A DNA stretch of 64,000 nt from Pseudobdellovibrionaceae bacterium (GCA_023954155.1 JAMLIO010000001.1:437322-501321), one strand, 5' to 3'; positions 49,670-59,117 are shown, numbered from the stretch's first letter. The notes: generated by a model from the sequence alone, not told the origin. Numbers and translations: made by a program.

Positions 49670-51160
49670 TTGTCTTTGTGTTTGCATATAGACCATGTTG
49701 TGACCAATGCTTTCCCTCTTTATGTTAGAAGACAACCTGAAGCCTCTCTCCTTCATCAAATATTTAAAAATCATTGGCTGGATTTTTTAAGTTCTATACA
49801 AAACCATGAAGATGAGAAAATTCTTCCAAGTTTTGTCATTAAAGAAATAGAGGATTATTTTAAATGCGGAGTTTTAGCTAATGGTTTTGTTAGACTTTAC
49901 TGCAAAGACTGTCAAAAAAGCCAACTTGTCGCATTTTCTTGTAAGAGAAGGGGGTTTTGCCCAAGTTGTTGTGCCAAAAGGATGAACTTTACTGCTAGTC
50001 ATTTGATTGATCATGTTCTTCCAAACGTGGGAGTCAGGCAATGGGTATTGTCTTTTCCATTTCAGCTTAGGTTTTTAATGGCATACAACCCAAAGCTTAT
50101 CAGTCAAATTCTTAAAATATTTATTAACGCCATTCAGTTTAGGTATCGAAGAAAGGCCAAAAAGTTGGGTTTTAAAAATACTCAAACAGGAGCTGTCACA
50201 GTTATCCAAAGAGCAGGTGGGGCACTGAATTCTAACGTGCATTTTCATACACTTTTTTTAGATGGCATCTATCATCAAGTGAACGGTAAATTTTGTTTTT
50301 ACTCTGTTCTTGGGCCTAATAATGAGGAACTAAAATCGTTAGCGCAAAAGGTAAGAAAAAAAGTAATTAGGTTACTGGAACGACAGGGCTATTTTGATAC
50401 AGGCCAAGATCAAAATGGATGGGTTCAAGACAGATTAACTCAAGCCTCTATTATGCAGATTTCAATGGCGGGTGATCGATCGGGTAAAATTCTTCGAAGA
50501 CTTAAAAATGAACTTTTTAGAACCTATGTAAAGCATTCTCCTGATGGCGGGGTTAATATCAGTGGCTTTAGCTTACATGCCAATGTGAGGGTCCCAGCAA
50601 ACAAAAGAAAAAAATTAGAAAAACTCTGTCGGTATATCAGCAGAGGACCTGTCGCCACGGGCAGAATGTTTAAACTACCAAGCGGTGATATTGGCTACAG
50701 ACTAAAGCGTCCATGGAATGATGGAACAACACATATTATATTTTCTCCGCAAGAGTTAATAGAAAAACTAGCGGCAATCATTCCACCCCCAAGGGCGAAT
50801 CTTATTCGATATCATGGAATTCTGGCTCCAAATGCTAAGAGTAGGAGTCAGATTGTGCCAAAACTAAAAAGATCAGTTGAAAAAGAAAAATCTGCATCCA
50901 AGAGAAAAACTAACAACATGACTTGGTCTGAAATGCTAAAACGGGTGTTTTTAATTGACGTCACAAAATGTCAGTTCTGTGGTGGTTCATTAAAATTAAT
51001 CGCTACAATTAAAGAAAAGCAAGCCATCCAAACTATTCTTGAAAGTATGGGGTATTTAGCCGTTGCTCCGAAATTCAAACCCAGTTTGGGACGAGCGCCG
51101 CCCAAACCCAGAACATTCATTCATGATTCTGATGAAAGTCAGCTTCCTGCTAATTGGTAA
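49670..51160 (+). CDS. tnpA: IS91-family Y2 HUH transposase
   Basis: 496 aa with an N-terminal zinc-binding domain (YCKDCQKS...FSCKRRGFCPSCCAKR), an HUH motif (NVHFHTLFLDG) and Tyr motifs (CRYISRGP, LIRYHGILAP). It has a non-ATG start, TTG at 49670 or GTG at 49700. Confidence 0.88.
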   Translation: MSLCLHIDHVVTNAFPLYVRRQPEASLLHQIFKNHWLDFLSSIQNHEDEKILPSFVIKEIEDYFKCGVLANGFVRLYCKDCQKSQLVAFSCKRRGFCPSCCAKRMNFTASHLIDHVLPNVGVRQWVLSFPFQLRFLMAYNPKLISQILKIFINAIQFRYRRKAKKLGFKNTQTGAVTVIQRAGGALNSNVHFHTLFLDGIYHQVNGKFCFYSVLGPNNEELKSLAQKVRKKVIRLLERQGYFDTGQDQNGWVQDRLTQASIMQISMAGDRSGKILRRLKNELFRTYVKHSPDGGVNISGFSLHANVRVPANKRKKLEKLCRYISRGPVATGRMFKLPSGDIGYRLKRPWNDGTTHIIFSPQELIEKLAAIIPPPRANLIRYHGILAPNAKSRSQIVPKLKRSVEKEKSASKRKTNNMTWSEMLKRVFLIDVTKCQFCGGSLKLIATIKEKQAIQTILESMGYLAVAPKFKPSLGRAPPKPRTFIHDSDESQLPANW

Positions 51161-51239
51161 TCTGGAGGTTAGGGCCAAAGTGTGTCTAAATCTATGATTG
51201 CTTTGAAATAACTCTCAAAGAATCTTTAATTTTCCTTTG

Positions 51240-51361
51240 TTAACAGCCCTCTTCTGGCAAAAAAGCCGAAAAACTAGCCAAAGGACCTAGGAAAACCTTC
51301 TGATAATTAACGCTTATGTTTTGACCTGGACTTAAAAAGGGCGTTTGTTTTTCCTATACTC
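51240..51361 (+). repeat. 122-bp IS91 terminal module, copy a (attached to tnpA)
   Basis: ttaacagccctcttctggc...gggcgtttgtttttcctatactc. It is identical to the copies at 57243, 59389 and 63308. Confidence 0.95.
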
Positions 51362-51486
51362 TTATCAAAAAAGGCAAGTATACACAATCCAATGCACACA
51401 ATGTAATATTAAATCCAGATTCTAAAAGCTTAAATGTTTTATACAATGATGTGATTTTAAACTAAGACAAAAAGTAAGAGTTTAAT

Positions 51487-51999
51487 CTAAATCATGTCAT
51501 CTAAGAAATAAGAACTCAGCTGACTGCGTCCATTGAGCTTAGATTTTTTATATATAGATCCACACTGTGCCCTTACCGTTCTTTCATTTGAGCTTCGTAA
51601 ATCAGCAATCTCCTTCAAGGATAAACCTTTAAGAAGAAAACCCGCCACATCAGATTCTGACTTTGTCAGCCCCCATGAGCGAAAGGTGCGTTCGACCTCC
51701 CCTCGAAACTCTTCTTTATAGGTTTTAACCTGTCCCTGTAAAGAGTGAATTTCCGTTTCTCTTTCTTGAAGCTTTTGATGTAAACTTTGAAAAGTAAGGT
51801 TTTTCTTTTGCTCTTGGCGATACCAAATGGCCACAAAATAGTTAAAGCCTAAAATTGACACAAAAAGAACAAAAATCTCGAAGAATAAATGCTTAGCTGG
51901 AATCCCATGTTTGAAATCGAACCAAAGGTCAAAGGCGGCTAAAAGCATTAAACAGGCAAAAAAGATCACTTTTTGTCTGTCCGAATGTAGTAAGGGCAT
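51487..51999 (-). CDS. membrane-anchored LuxR-family HTH regulator
   Basis: 170 aa with two N-terminal TM helices, a coiled-coil and a C-terminal GerE/LuxR HTH (GLSLKEIADLRSSNERTVRAQCGSIYKK). Confidence 0.7.
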   Translation of the reverse strand: MPLLHSDRQKVIFFACLMLLAAFDLWFDFKHGIPAKHLFFEIFVLFVSILGFNYFVAIWYRQEQKKNLTFQSLHQKLQERETEIHSLQGQVKTYKEEFRGEVERTFRSWGLTKSESDVAGFLLKGLSLKEIADLRSSNERTVRAQCGSIYKKSKLNGRSQLSSYFLDDMI

Positions 52000-52109
52000 A
52001 AAATCATCCTAGTATAAAAGTACTAAACAAATATAGTAAGTCTTTAATATAACTACGATTAGTCATAGGCACAATTTACCATTTCATTTTTTAATGCGTT
52101 AATAAGGGT

Positions 52110-53855
52110 ATGAAACGATTAATTTTGGCTTTCTTCCCCCTTATTCTTTTTCTATCAACCCCTAGCTGGTCTCAAACAGAGACAGTCCCTGATACTGACG
52201 ATGTTCCAGAAAATATTGTCAGTATCAGGGAAAACTCAGCACGGATCGAAGACCTTAACGGAGAAATTCAACTTAAATTTGATTTGGATGTTAAAGACGG
52301 TTTCTTTGCGTATGAAGACAAATTTGTTCTCGAAATAGAGTCTTTTCAAACACTTCAACTTAAACTAGATCCCATTGTTTCTTTTTTCGATAAAACATTT
52401 CAAAAGACCAAACGCGGAATTAAAAATAAGGCTCAAGCCGTAGCTTGGCTTTCAGCAAACAACAGCAGCATTTTCCAAACGGACTCTGTTATTTTGAATT
52501 TAGAGTATCAGGCTTGCACCCCAGAGTACTGTTTATTTCCAACCACCACCAAATACAAAATGTCTTTATCCAAAGCCGAGCAAAACCTACTTAAAAATCA
52601 CAACCAACCCTCATGGCTTCAAAAAGGTTTACTGTATGGACTGCTTTTTGCTTTTTTTGCAGGCTTTCTGACTAGCCTCACCCCTTGTGTGTATCCTATG
52701 TTACCCATCACCTTGGCAGCCCTTGGAGCCCAAAAACCAAAAACCCATAAAGAAGGTTTTCTTAAAGGTCTGACCTATGCCCTAGGAATGGCACTAACTT
52801 ACTCCTTACTTGGGGTCTTTGCCGCCACCACAGGATTTATGTTTGGCTCTATTCTATCTAACGTTTATTTCTTAGGGTTTTTAACTTTAATTTTATTTAT
52901 TGCCGCCTTAAGCATGTATGACGTGTTTGAAATTCAAACACCGAGGTTTTTGCAAAATCGATTTTACAAACATCAAAACTCAACATCTTTAGCTGGTCTT
53001 TTTATGACTGGTGTTTTTTCAGGTTTAATCGTTGGTCCATGTGTGGGCCCGGTCCTGATTGGCATTTTAGGATATGTCTCTCAATCCCAAAGTTTTATTC
53101 TAGGATTTGGACTTTTGTTTTCTTTTGCCATGGGTCTAGGAACCTTAATTATTGTTCTAGCCACTTTCTCTAACCTTATCGATAAGATTCCTCGTTCAGG
53201 CACATGGATGATTACGGTTAAAAAAGTGATGGGGATTTTATTTTTAGGTCTTATCTTATATTTCTTAAAACCACTAATGAACATCAGAGAACTCACCGTG
53301 GCTGCATCATTGATCTTTGCCTTGTTTGGTTTGATATTATCTTTCAAATCTTTCTCCTCTTTAGATTATACACTTCTAGAAAAGTCCTTATATCGATCCG
53401 TTTTTATCTTTTTCACTTTATTAGCCATTGCCGTCTCAAGCATTGGCAACGAACGCTTTGAAAGAGTCTTTGGATACAATATGTCCACTTTTGCTGAAAC
53501 CCATTGGGAAACCTACAGTGATGAAATTTTTGAACAGGCAAAACAACAAAACAAATATATCATTTTAGATTTTTATGCGGACTGGTGTGCCGCTTGCCGA
53601 GAACTCAAACACAACACATTTTCTGAGCCAGGAGTCATACACTACTCCGACTCGATCATGTGGGTTTATTTTGACTCAACTCGATCAACAGCCAAACTTG
53701 AATCCCTAAAAAAACAATATGGAATTATTGGACTTCCCACGATATTATTTTTTAATTCCTCAGGACAAATTCAAAAAGATTTAACTTTAACAGGATTTGA
53801 AAATGCAGAAAACTTTATTCAACGCCTTAATAAACTGACTCAAAAACCAAACTAG
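52110..53855 (+). CDS. dsbD: thiol:disulfide interchange protein DsbD family
   Basis: 581 aa with a signal peptide, an N-terminal domain, a DsbD transmembrane core (LTPCVYPMLP, VGPCVGP) and a C-terminal thioredoxin domain (WCAACRE). Confidence 0.85.
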   Translation: MKRLILAFFPLILFLSTPSWSQTETVPDTDDVPENIVSIRENSARIEDLNGEIQLKFDLDVKDGFFAYEDKFVLEIESFQTLQLKLDPIVSFFDKTFQKTKRGIKNKAQAVAWLSANNSSIFQTDSVILNLEYQACTPEYCLFPTTTKYKMSLSKAEQNLLKNHNQPSWLQKGLLYGLLFAFFAGFLTSLTPCVYPMLPITLAALGAQKPKTHKEGFLKGLTYALGMALTYSLLGVFAATTGFMFGSILSNVYFLGFLTLILFIAALSMYDVFEIQTPRFLQNRFYKHQNSTSLAGLFMTGVFSGLIVGPCVGPVLIGILGYVSQSQSFILGFGLLFSFAMGLGTLIIVLATFSNLIDKIPRSGTWMITVKKVMGILFLGLILYFLKPLMNIRELTVAASLIFALFGLILSFKSFSSLDYTLLEKSLYRSVFIFFTLLAIAVSSIGNERFERVFGYNMSTFAETHWETYSDEIFEQAKQQNKYIILDFYADWCAACRELKHNTFSEPGVIHYSDSIMWVYFDSTRSTAKLESLKKQYGIIGLPTILFFNSSGQIQKDLTLTGFENAENFIQRLNKLTQKPN

Positions 53856-53863
53856 GAACACAT

Positions 53864-54310
53864 ATGAAAAACTTAATAGCTTTATTTATCACTCTTAGTG
53901 CCCTTTTACTTTCATCTTCTTCATGGGCTCAAGACACTCAGCTTGATCTTTCCCAATACAAAGGAAAAGTTGTTTATTTAGACTTTTGGGCCTCGTGGTG
54001 CGGCCCATGCAAAGAGTCCTTTCCTTGGTTAAATGAATTAAAGAAAAAATATCCAGATTTAAAAATCATTGGTGTCAACTTAGATAAAGACAGTAAAACA
54101 GCGGATGAGTTTCTAAAAAAATATCCTGCTGATTTTGATATTATCTACAATCCGAAAGGAGATATGGCCGAAAAGTTTAAAGTTAAAGGCATGCCATACA
54201 GTGTGATTTATAACAAAAAAGGGGAAAATAAATTTTCTCACATCGGGTTTTCAAAAGCCAAATCACAAAAATATATTGAAGAGATTGAAAATCTTTTAGG
54301 GGAAAAATAA
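53864..54310 (+). CDS. TlpA-like periplasmic thioredoxin-family oxidoreductase
   Basis: 148 aa with a signal peptide and FWASWCGPCKESFP. Confidence 0.85.
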   Translation: MKNLIALFITLSALLLSSSSWAQDTQLDLSQYKGKVVYLDFWASWCGPCKESFPWLNELKKKYPDLKIIGVNLDKDSKTADEFLKKYPADFDIIYNPKGDMAEKFKVKGMPYSVIYNKKGENKFSHIGFSKAKSQKYIEEIENLLGEK

Positions 54311-54531
54311 TGAAAAACACCACAGGATTATTGATATTTATTGCTCTAATTTTTTTAAATGGATGCACTCATTTAGGTGTTAAACCTTGGGAAAGAGATC
54401 GTCTCTCTAAGCCTGAAATGCAATTCGGTGTGAACTCCAATGAAGATGGTTTTGATGATCACACCTATTTTAGCAAAGAAGGCTCAAGTGGTGGTCGTAG
54501 CTTTAGCGCAGGGGGATGCGGATGCAACTAA
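54310..54531 (+). CDS. DUF4266-like small lipoprotein
   Basis: 73 aa with lipobox LNGC and a C-terminal GGCGCN, as I recall for DUF4266. It overlaps its neighbours and is probably translationally coupled. Confidence 0.65.
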   Translation: MKNTTGLLIFIALIFLNGCTHLGVKPWERDRLSKPEMQFGVNSNEDGFDDHTYFSKEGSSGGRSFSAGGCGCN

Positions 54532-55886
54532 GACCCGAGAAAAAAAGACGTATTGGTAAATTGGTCGCAAATGCCTCTTTGTCATTACTGTGCATGACAA
54601 CATCCGTGAATACAAAAGCCGAAGAGACTAAAAATTCTCTGAATACTCCTAAACAAGAGCAAAGTGGTTTTTTTGTCAAAAATTATAATTCTTTAAAAAA
54701 CTGGGCCAAGTGGAAAGGACAAGCCGGTTTCCTGAATTACTCTGAAAGTGATGGACGAATTCAGGTCTCTGAAGCAGCCTTGCAACTGAGCGCTGAATTC
54801 GAAAATGAAAGAGTGTGGACCAACAAATTGGTTTTTGACAGCTTAACTGGTGCTTCTCCGAATGGAGCCATCAATAGCAATCAACCCCAAACCTTCACAA
54901 CACCCTCTGGAAAATCAAACTACACTGTGAACCCCGGAGAAATTCCTCTTTTCCAAGGATTTAAAGACACACGAGTCAATATCTCTTCTACATGGTCTCA
55001 ACCTATTTCAAGATTATGGAAAATTGCTGCCGGCTTTAACGGTTCCAATGAATATGACTATCTGTCATTAGGCTTAAACACCATGTTAACAAAAGAGTCC
55101 GAAGATAAAAACTCTACCTATTCTTTAGGGTTTTCTTTCACTCAAGACACCATAGACCCTGTCGGCGGTGTACCAACTGCTTTGGCAAGTATTGTTCCTG
55201 CAGGTTCACCTCAACCACGCTCTGGAGTGTCTGAAAATAAAACCACTCTTGATTTTCTATTAGGCTACACACAGGTCATGAGTCGATCATGGCTTATACA
55301 AACCAATGTCTCTTTAGGATTGTCTTCGGGATATATGAACGATCCTTATAAGGTGGTCACTGTATTTGATAATACTCCTGGCCCATCTTTAGGAAATCCT
55401 CTGGATTATATTTATGAGAATAGACCCGATACAAGATTTAAGCGTAGCTTTTATATCGCGTCTAAAAATGATTTAAACTATGGCATACTGACGACCTCAT
55501 ATCGTTTTTTAAATGATGACTGGGGACTTAGTTCTCACACCTTTGAAGGAACATTTAATTTTGGAATTTTACCAAAATGGAGACTCGAACCTGGCTTTAG
55601 ACTTTATTTACAAAGTGCTGTGGATTTTTATAAGTATGCCTTAGCCAACAACGCGACAGCACCACTTTATATCACTGCAGATAATCGTTTAGGAGACATG
55701 ACCACTATTGCACCTGCTCTTAAAATCATTCGTAAGCTCGAAGACGAAAAAGAACTGAGTTTGATCTTAAGATACTATTTGCAAACTGGTGATTCGTCTC
55801 CAAGCTCTGCGGTTGGAAGTCAAATTGGTCAAGATTTGTTTCCAAATGTGAGTGCATTTATAATTCAACTCCATTATTCTTTTTAA
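54516..55886 (+). CDS. DUF3570-like predicted outer-membrane beta-barrel protein
   Basis: 456 aa with a signal peptide, a beta-strand-rich sequence and the C-terminal ...QLHYSF. It has the conserved neighbourhood of DUF4266, ApbE and thioredoxins. Confidence 0.6.
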   Translation: MRMQLRPEKKRRIGKLVANASLSLLCMTTSVNTKAEETKNSLNTPKQEQSGFFVKNYNSLKNWAKWKGQAGFLNYSESDGRIQVSEAALQLSAEFENERVWTNKLVFDSLTGASPNGAINSNQPQTFTTPSGKSNYTVNPGEIPLFQGFKDTRVNISSTWSQPISRLWKIAAGFNGSNEYDYLSLGLNTMLTKESEDKNSTYSLGFSFTQDTIDPVGGVPTALASIVPAGSPQPRSGVSENKTTLDFLLGYTQVMSRSWLIQTNVSLGLSSGYMNDPYKVVTVFDNTPGPSLGNPLDYIYENRPDTRFKRSFYIASKNDLNYGILTTSYRFLNDDWGLSSHTFEGTFNFGILPKWRLEPGFRLYLQSAVDFYKYALANNATAPLYITADNRLGDMTTIAPALKIIRKLEDEKELSLILRYYLQTGDSSPSSAVGSQIGQDLFPNVSAFIIQLHYSF

Positions 55887-56765
55887 ATGATATTGGATCA
55901 AAGTTATAAATTTATCGACTATCAAGATTATAAGGCCCACTCATTTTATTGCATGGGGGGCCTTTGCGAAGTTTTGGTAGAAACACAAGATAAAAATCAG
56001 TCTCTACAGGTCTTCCAAAAAGTTTATCAAGAGGTCAAACGTTTAGAAAAAAAATATAGCCGATATGAAAAAGGCAATATTATTGATCAGGTCAATACAG
56101 CAAATGGAAAAAAAATTAAAATTGATGAAGAGACTTTTCGTCTTTTAAAATTTGCTGACACTTTATTTCACGCCAGTCATGGGATGTTTGATATCACGTC
56201 TGGAGTTTTACGCCGCGCTTGGATTTTTGATCAGAGCAATAACATTCCACCTAATGAACAGATTCTTCCACTTCTAAATTTAATAGGCTGGCAAAAAGTG
56301 GAATTTAATAAAAACTTTGTTCGTCTACCTGATGGCTGGCAATTGGATTTTGGAGGAATCGGCAAAGAGTATGCCGCGGACCGTGGAGCTCAACTTGCGC
56401 ACGAATTAAATTTAGCTCCCACACTTGTTAATCTGGGTGGAGACATTGCTATTACTGGTCCAAAAAGAAATGGATCTGGCTGGAAAATAGAACTTGATGA
56501 AGAACAAGATGCATTAATTCTTCTGTCAGGTGGTGTGGCCACAAGTGGGGATAAAAACAAATACTTGCTACAAAATGGAAAAAAGCTCTCGCATATTTTA
56601 AATGCAAAAACAGCTTATCCCGTAGAAGATGCGCCTCGATCCACCACCGTCGTCGCCTCCACTTGCACCGAAGCTGGAGCCTTATCCACATTAAGTATGT
56701 TATACGGCAAAGATGCCGAAAAGTTTTTAAAAGAAGAAGCTCAAGATTTTCGTGTTTTTAGATAA
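55887..56765 (+). CDS. apbE: FAD:protein FMN transferase
   Basis: 292 aa in the ApbE family (FDITSG, DFGGIGKEYAADR, LGGDIA, GVATSGD). Confidence 0.88.
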   Translation: MILDQSYKFIDYQDYKAHSFYCMGGLCEVLVETQDKNQSLQVFQKVYQEVKRLEKKYSRYEKGNIIDQVNTANGKKIKIDEETFRLLKFADTLFHASHGMFDITSGVLRRAWIFDQSNNIPPNEQILPLLNLIGWQKVEFNKNFVRLPDGWQLDFGGIGKEYAADRGAQLAHELNLAPTLVNLGGDIAITGPKRNGSGWKIELDEEQDALILLSGGVATSGDKNKYLLQNGKKLSHILNAKTAYPVEDAPRSTTVVASTCTEAGALSTLSMLYGKDAEKFLKEEAQDFRVFR

Positions 56766-56790
56766 TTATTTTAACCAAAAAAAGGGCTAC

Positions 56791-57246
56791 ATGTTTAAAA
56801 AAGTTCTATTTAGTTTGCTGTCCATTTTAATATTTAAATTCAACGCACACGCCTATTCTTTTGATACTTTTAAAAAAGAAGTGACCTCTCCTTTCACGAC
56901 AAATGCAAAATATTATCTTTTGTCTGGATCCATTTTGACTACGATTTTAGTCTTTGATGGCGTTGAAGATTCTTTAGGTCATCGAATTCAAGACGACACC
57001 GTCGAAGACAAACCACTTGGCAGCTATTCGACCTATGGAGATTTGGCAGGTCAAATGGTTCCTAACGCTTTATACACTCTCGGGTTTTATACAGCGTATT
57101 GGATTTCAGATAATCCTGAATTCAGAAAAAAATCCATTTTGATGTTAAAAGCTACTGCGTACTCTGGACTTGTGACTTCAGTGCTTAAAGTGACAATCCG
57201 TGAGCCTCGCCCAAACGGAAATAATCGCCATTCTTTTCCATCTTAA
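56791..57246 (+). pseudogene. PAP2-family phosphatase, 3'-truncated by 122-bp repeat copy b
   Basis: Signal/TM region then the C1 motif KVTIREPRP. The sequence ends ...SFPS where the PSGH (C2) motif should continue. The TAA stop (57244-46) lies inside the repeat, and the C3 motif SRx5Hx3D is absent. Confidence 0.75.
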
Positions 57247-57364
57247 CAGCCCTCTTCTGGCAAAAAAGCCGAAAAACTAGCCAAAGGACCTAGGAAAACC
57301 TTCTGATAATTAACGCTTATGTTTTGACCTGGACTTAAAAAGGGCGTTTGTTTTTCCTATACTC
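57243..57364 (+). repeat. 122-bp IS91 terminal module, solo copy b
   Basis: Identical to 51240-51361 and in the same orientation. No transposase gene is adjacent. Confidence 0.95.
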
Positions 57365-57511
57365 GATTGTAATAAAAACCCAATTATAGGTCGTCACAAT
57401 TAATATAAAGTATATCATTTAAAGATGTGTAGCTTTCATTTTTATGGAGCCAATTGTAATCTAAGAAAATAATATTTTGGTAGAAAGTTTAATTCTATTG
57501 GGGGTTGAATA

Positions 57512-58393
57512 GTGGTAGAAAATATTTTTAGAATATTTGAAGAAAATAATGTGGAGGCAACTCGCTTTTCTAGCTTCCCTTCCATTAAATCAAATTACAT
57601 AAGTAATTATGCTGATGCAATAGCTTTGTCTGAGAGATTAAATAATGAGGCATCAAAAAACATCAAAGAAGATAAATATATTTTTCATGCAAATATATTA
57701 ACCCACTTTGAGTATTTTTTTGATAAAAAAAATAAAGAAAAATTAGACAAAGATTTGTTATTGAATATACTCCCCTTAATTCTTGGTGGGTACGATGCCT
57801 ATCTTAGCGTTGTCAGTGGTTTTTATAATAGATCGAATTTAACTATGTCAGTTGTTGGAAGGTCTCTTTTTGAAGGTTTGATAATATTGCTAACAATTAA
57901 TAATGATAAAAATCTAGCGAAACAATATTACCGATATAAAGAAATTGAGAAATTAAAATTTCAAATGCGAGAAGAAGAAATAACAAACGAAGAGTTTCTT
58001 AGGATATTAAAAAATGATTTTCCCGAATGGTATTCTGAAATTGGTCGTATTAGAAGAAAAAAAATAGGCAATTGGTTAGGAGTTGAGCAGTACTCGTTAA
58101 GAGACTTGGCGGTTACTTTAGATAAAGAAAAGCAATATAAATCATTTTACAAAGTTTATAGTTTGTATTCACATATGCAGCCATCAATAATTAATCACTA
58201 CAATCTTTCAGGGGGAGTATTGAATACAAATCTAAGTAATCTGAATCAACAATATTGTATAATGTTGGATATTGCTTTTGACTATATAATTACTATCTAT
58301 AAGTTGTTTGGTCTGGATGACCTAGCTGTGGATTTAGAAGCTCAGAAAAATATTACTCTGTTTAGTTTGCAAAAATATCAAGAATCATTGTGA
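57512..58393 (+). CDS. hypothetical protein (293 aa), orphan
   Basis: GTG start, AT-rich codon usage and an all-helical composition. It may be DUF5677-like (GRSLFEGLI..., YSLYSHMQPS), but that is only an impression. Confidence 0.5.
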   Translation: MVENIFRIFEENNVEATRFSSFPSIKSNYISNYADAIALSERLNNEASKNIKEDKYIFHANILTHFEYFFDKKNKEKLDKDLLLNILPLILGGYDAYLSVVSGFYNRSNLTMSVVGRSLFEGLIILLTINNDKNLAKQYYRYKEIEKLKFQMREEEITNEEFLRILKNDFPEWYSEIGRIRRKKIGNWLGVEQYSLRDLAVTLDKEKQYKSFYKVYSLYSHMQPSIINHYNLSGGVLNTNLSNLNQQYCIMLDIAFDYIITIYKLFGLDDLAVDLEAQKNITLFSLQKYQESL

Positions 58394-58451
58394 TGATAAA
58401 ATAGTCTTAAAATAATTAAACTGATATAGATATAAGGTTTATAAAGAGGTG

Positions 58452-59117
58452 CTATTTAAACCAATTTTGTCGATTATTCCAAAATTGTATATCTTTATGT
58501 TTCTTATGAATTTTATAATATTCTAGGTAATCAATGATTTTTTTTACTTGCTCATCTGATTTACCATATTTTTCAAATATATTTCTTAGCTCATCGGTTG
58601 TAATGGATTGTATATTTTTATGTATTGTTTCCCTATCGTTTTGCCATTCATCCATGCGTTCAGCTGGAACGGCTCTATGAGTGATTGTATGTGTTATTAA
58701 ATAACCAACATAGTCATGTTCGACCCATGTATGCCAGTTTTCTTGAATGGATTTAATTTCATTTTTTGGAATTTTTAAGTCTGTTAATAAGCTTTGGATA
58801 TCACTATATACTTTTTCTTGTTGTTGATCGTTAAAGCCGCCCCAGCGATTACTTGTTTGAACTAGTTCAAGTATCATGTAAGAGACGGTTTTTGCTAAAG
58901 ACCTAAGTTCGTCTAATGCTGACTCAACTCTTTGAAGTTCTATTTTAGATCCCATAAAGCTTATAGATTGTATAACAGATGGGTTTGCCAAAAGTATGAA
59001 AAAAACAGTAAAAAAAGTCCAAACAAGCAGCTTTGAAATTGAAGGATCTGGTATATAACTTAAATAAATCACTCCGATAAAACATATAAAAGCCACGATA
59101 TTAAATAATATTTTCAT
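58452..59117 (-). CDS. hypothetical membrane-anchored protein (221 aa)
   Basis: Two N-terminal TM helices plus a helical cytoplasmic domain. It lies downstream of the truncated XRE gene on the same strand. Confidence 0.5.
   Translation of the reverse strand: MKILFNIVAFICFIGVIYLSYIPDPSISKLLVWTFFTVFFILLANPSVIQSISFMGSKIELQRVESALDELRSLAKTVSYMILELVQTSNRWGGFNDQQQEKVYSDIQSLLTDLKIPKNEIKSIQENWHTWVEHDYVGYLITHTITHRAVPAERMDEWQNDRETIHKNIQSITTDELRNIFEKYGKSDEQVKKIIDYLEYYKIHKKHKDIQFWNNRQNWFK

Larger units (their letters stand above)
49580..51361 (+). mobile_element. IS91-family (rolling-circle, HUH/Y2) element; right end at 51361, left end uncertain and abutted by IS3
   Basis: It carries an IS91-type transposase gene. 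The right terminus ...GGGCGTTTGTTTTTCCTATACTC resembles, from memory, IS91/ISCR oriIS ends (...TTCCTATAC..). Only 90 bp separate the transposase gene from the IS3 right end. Confidence 0.6.
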
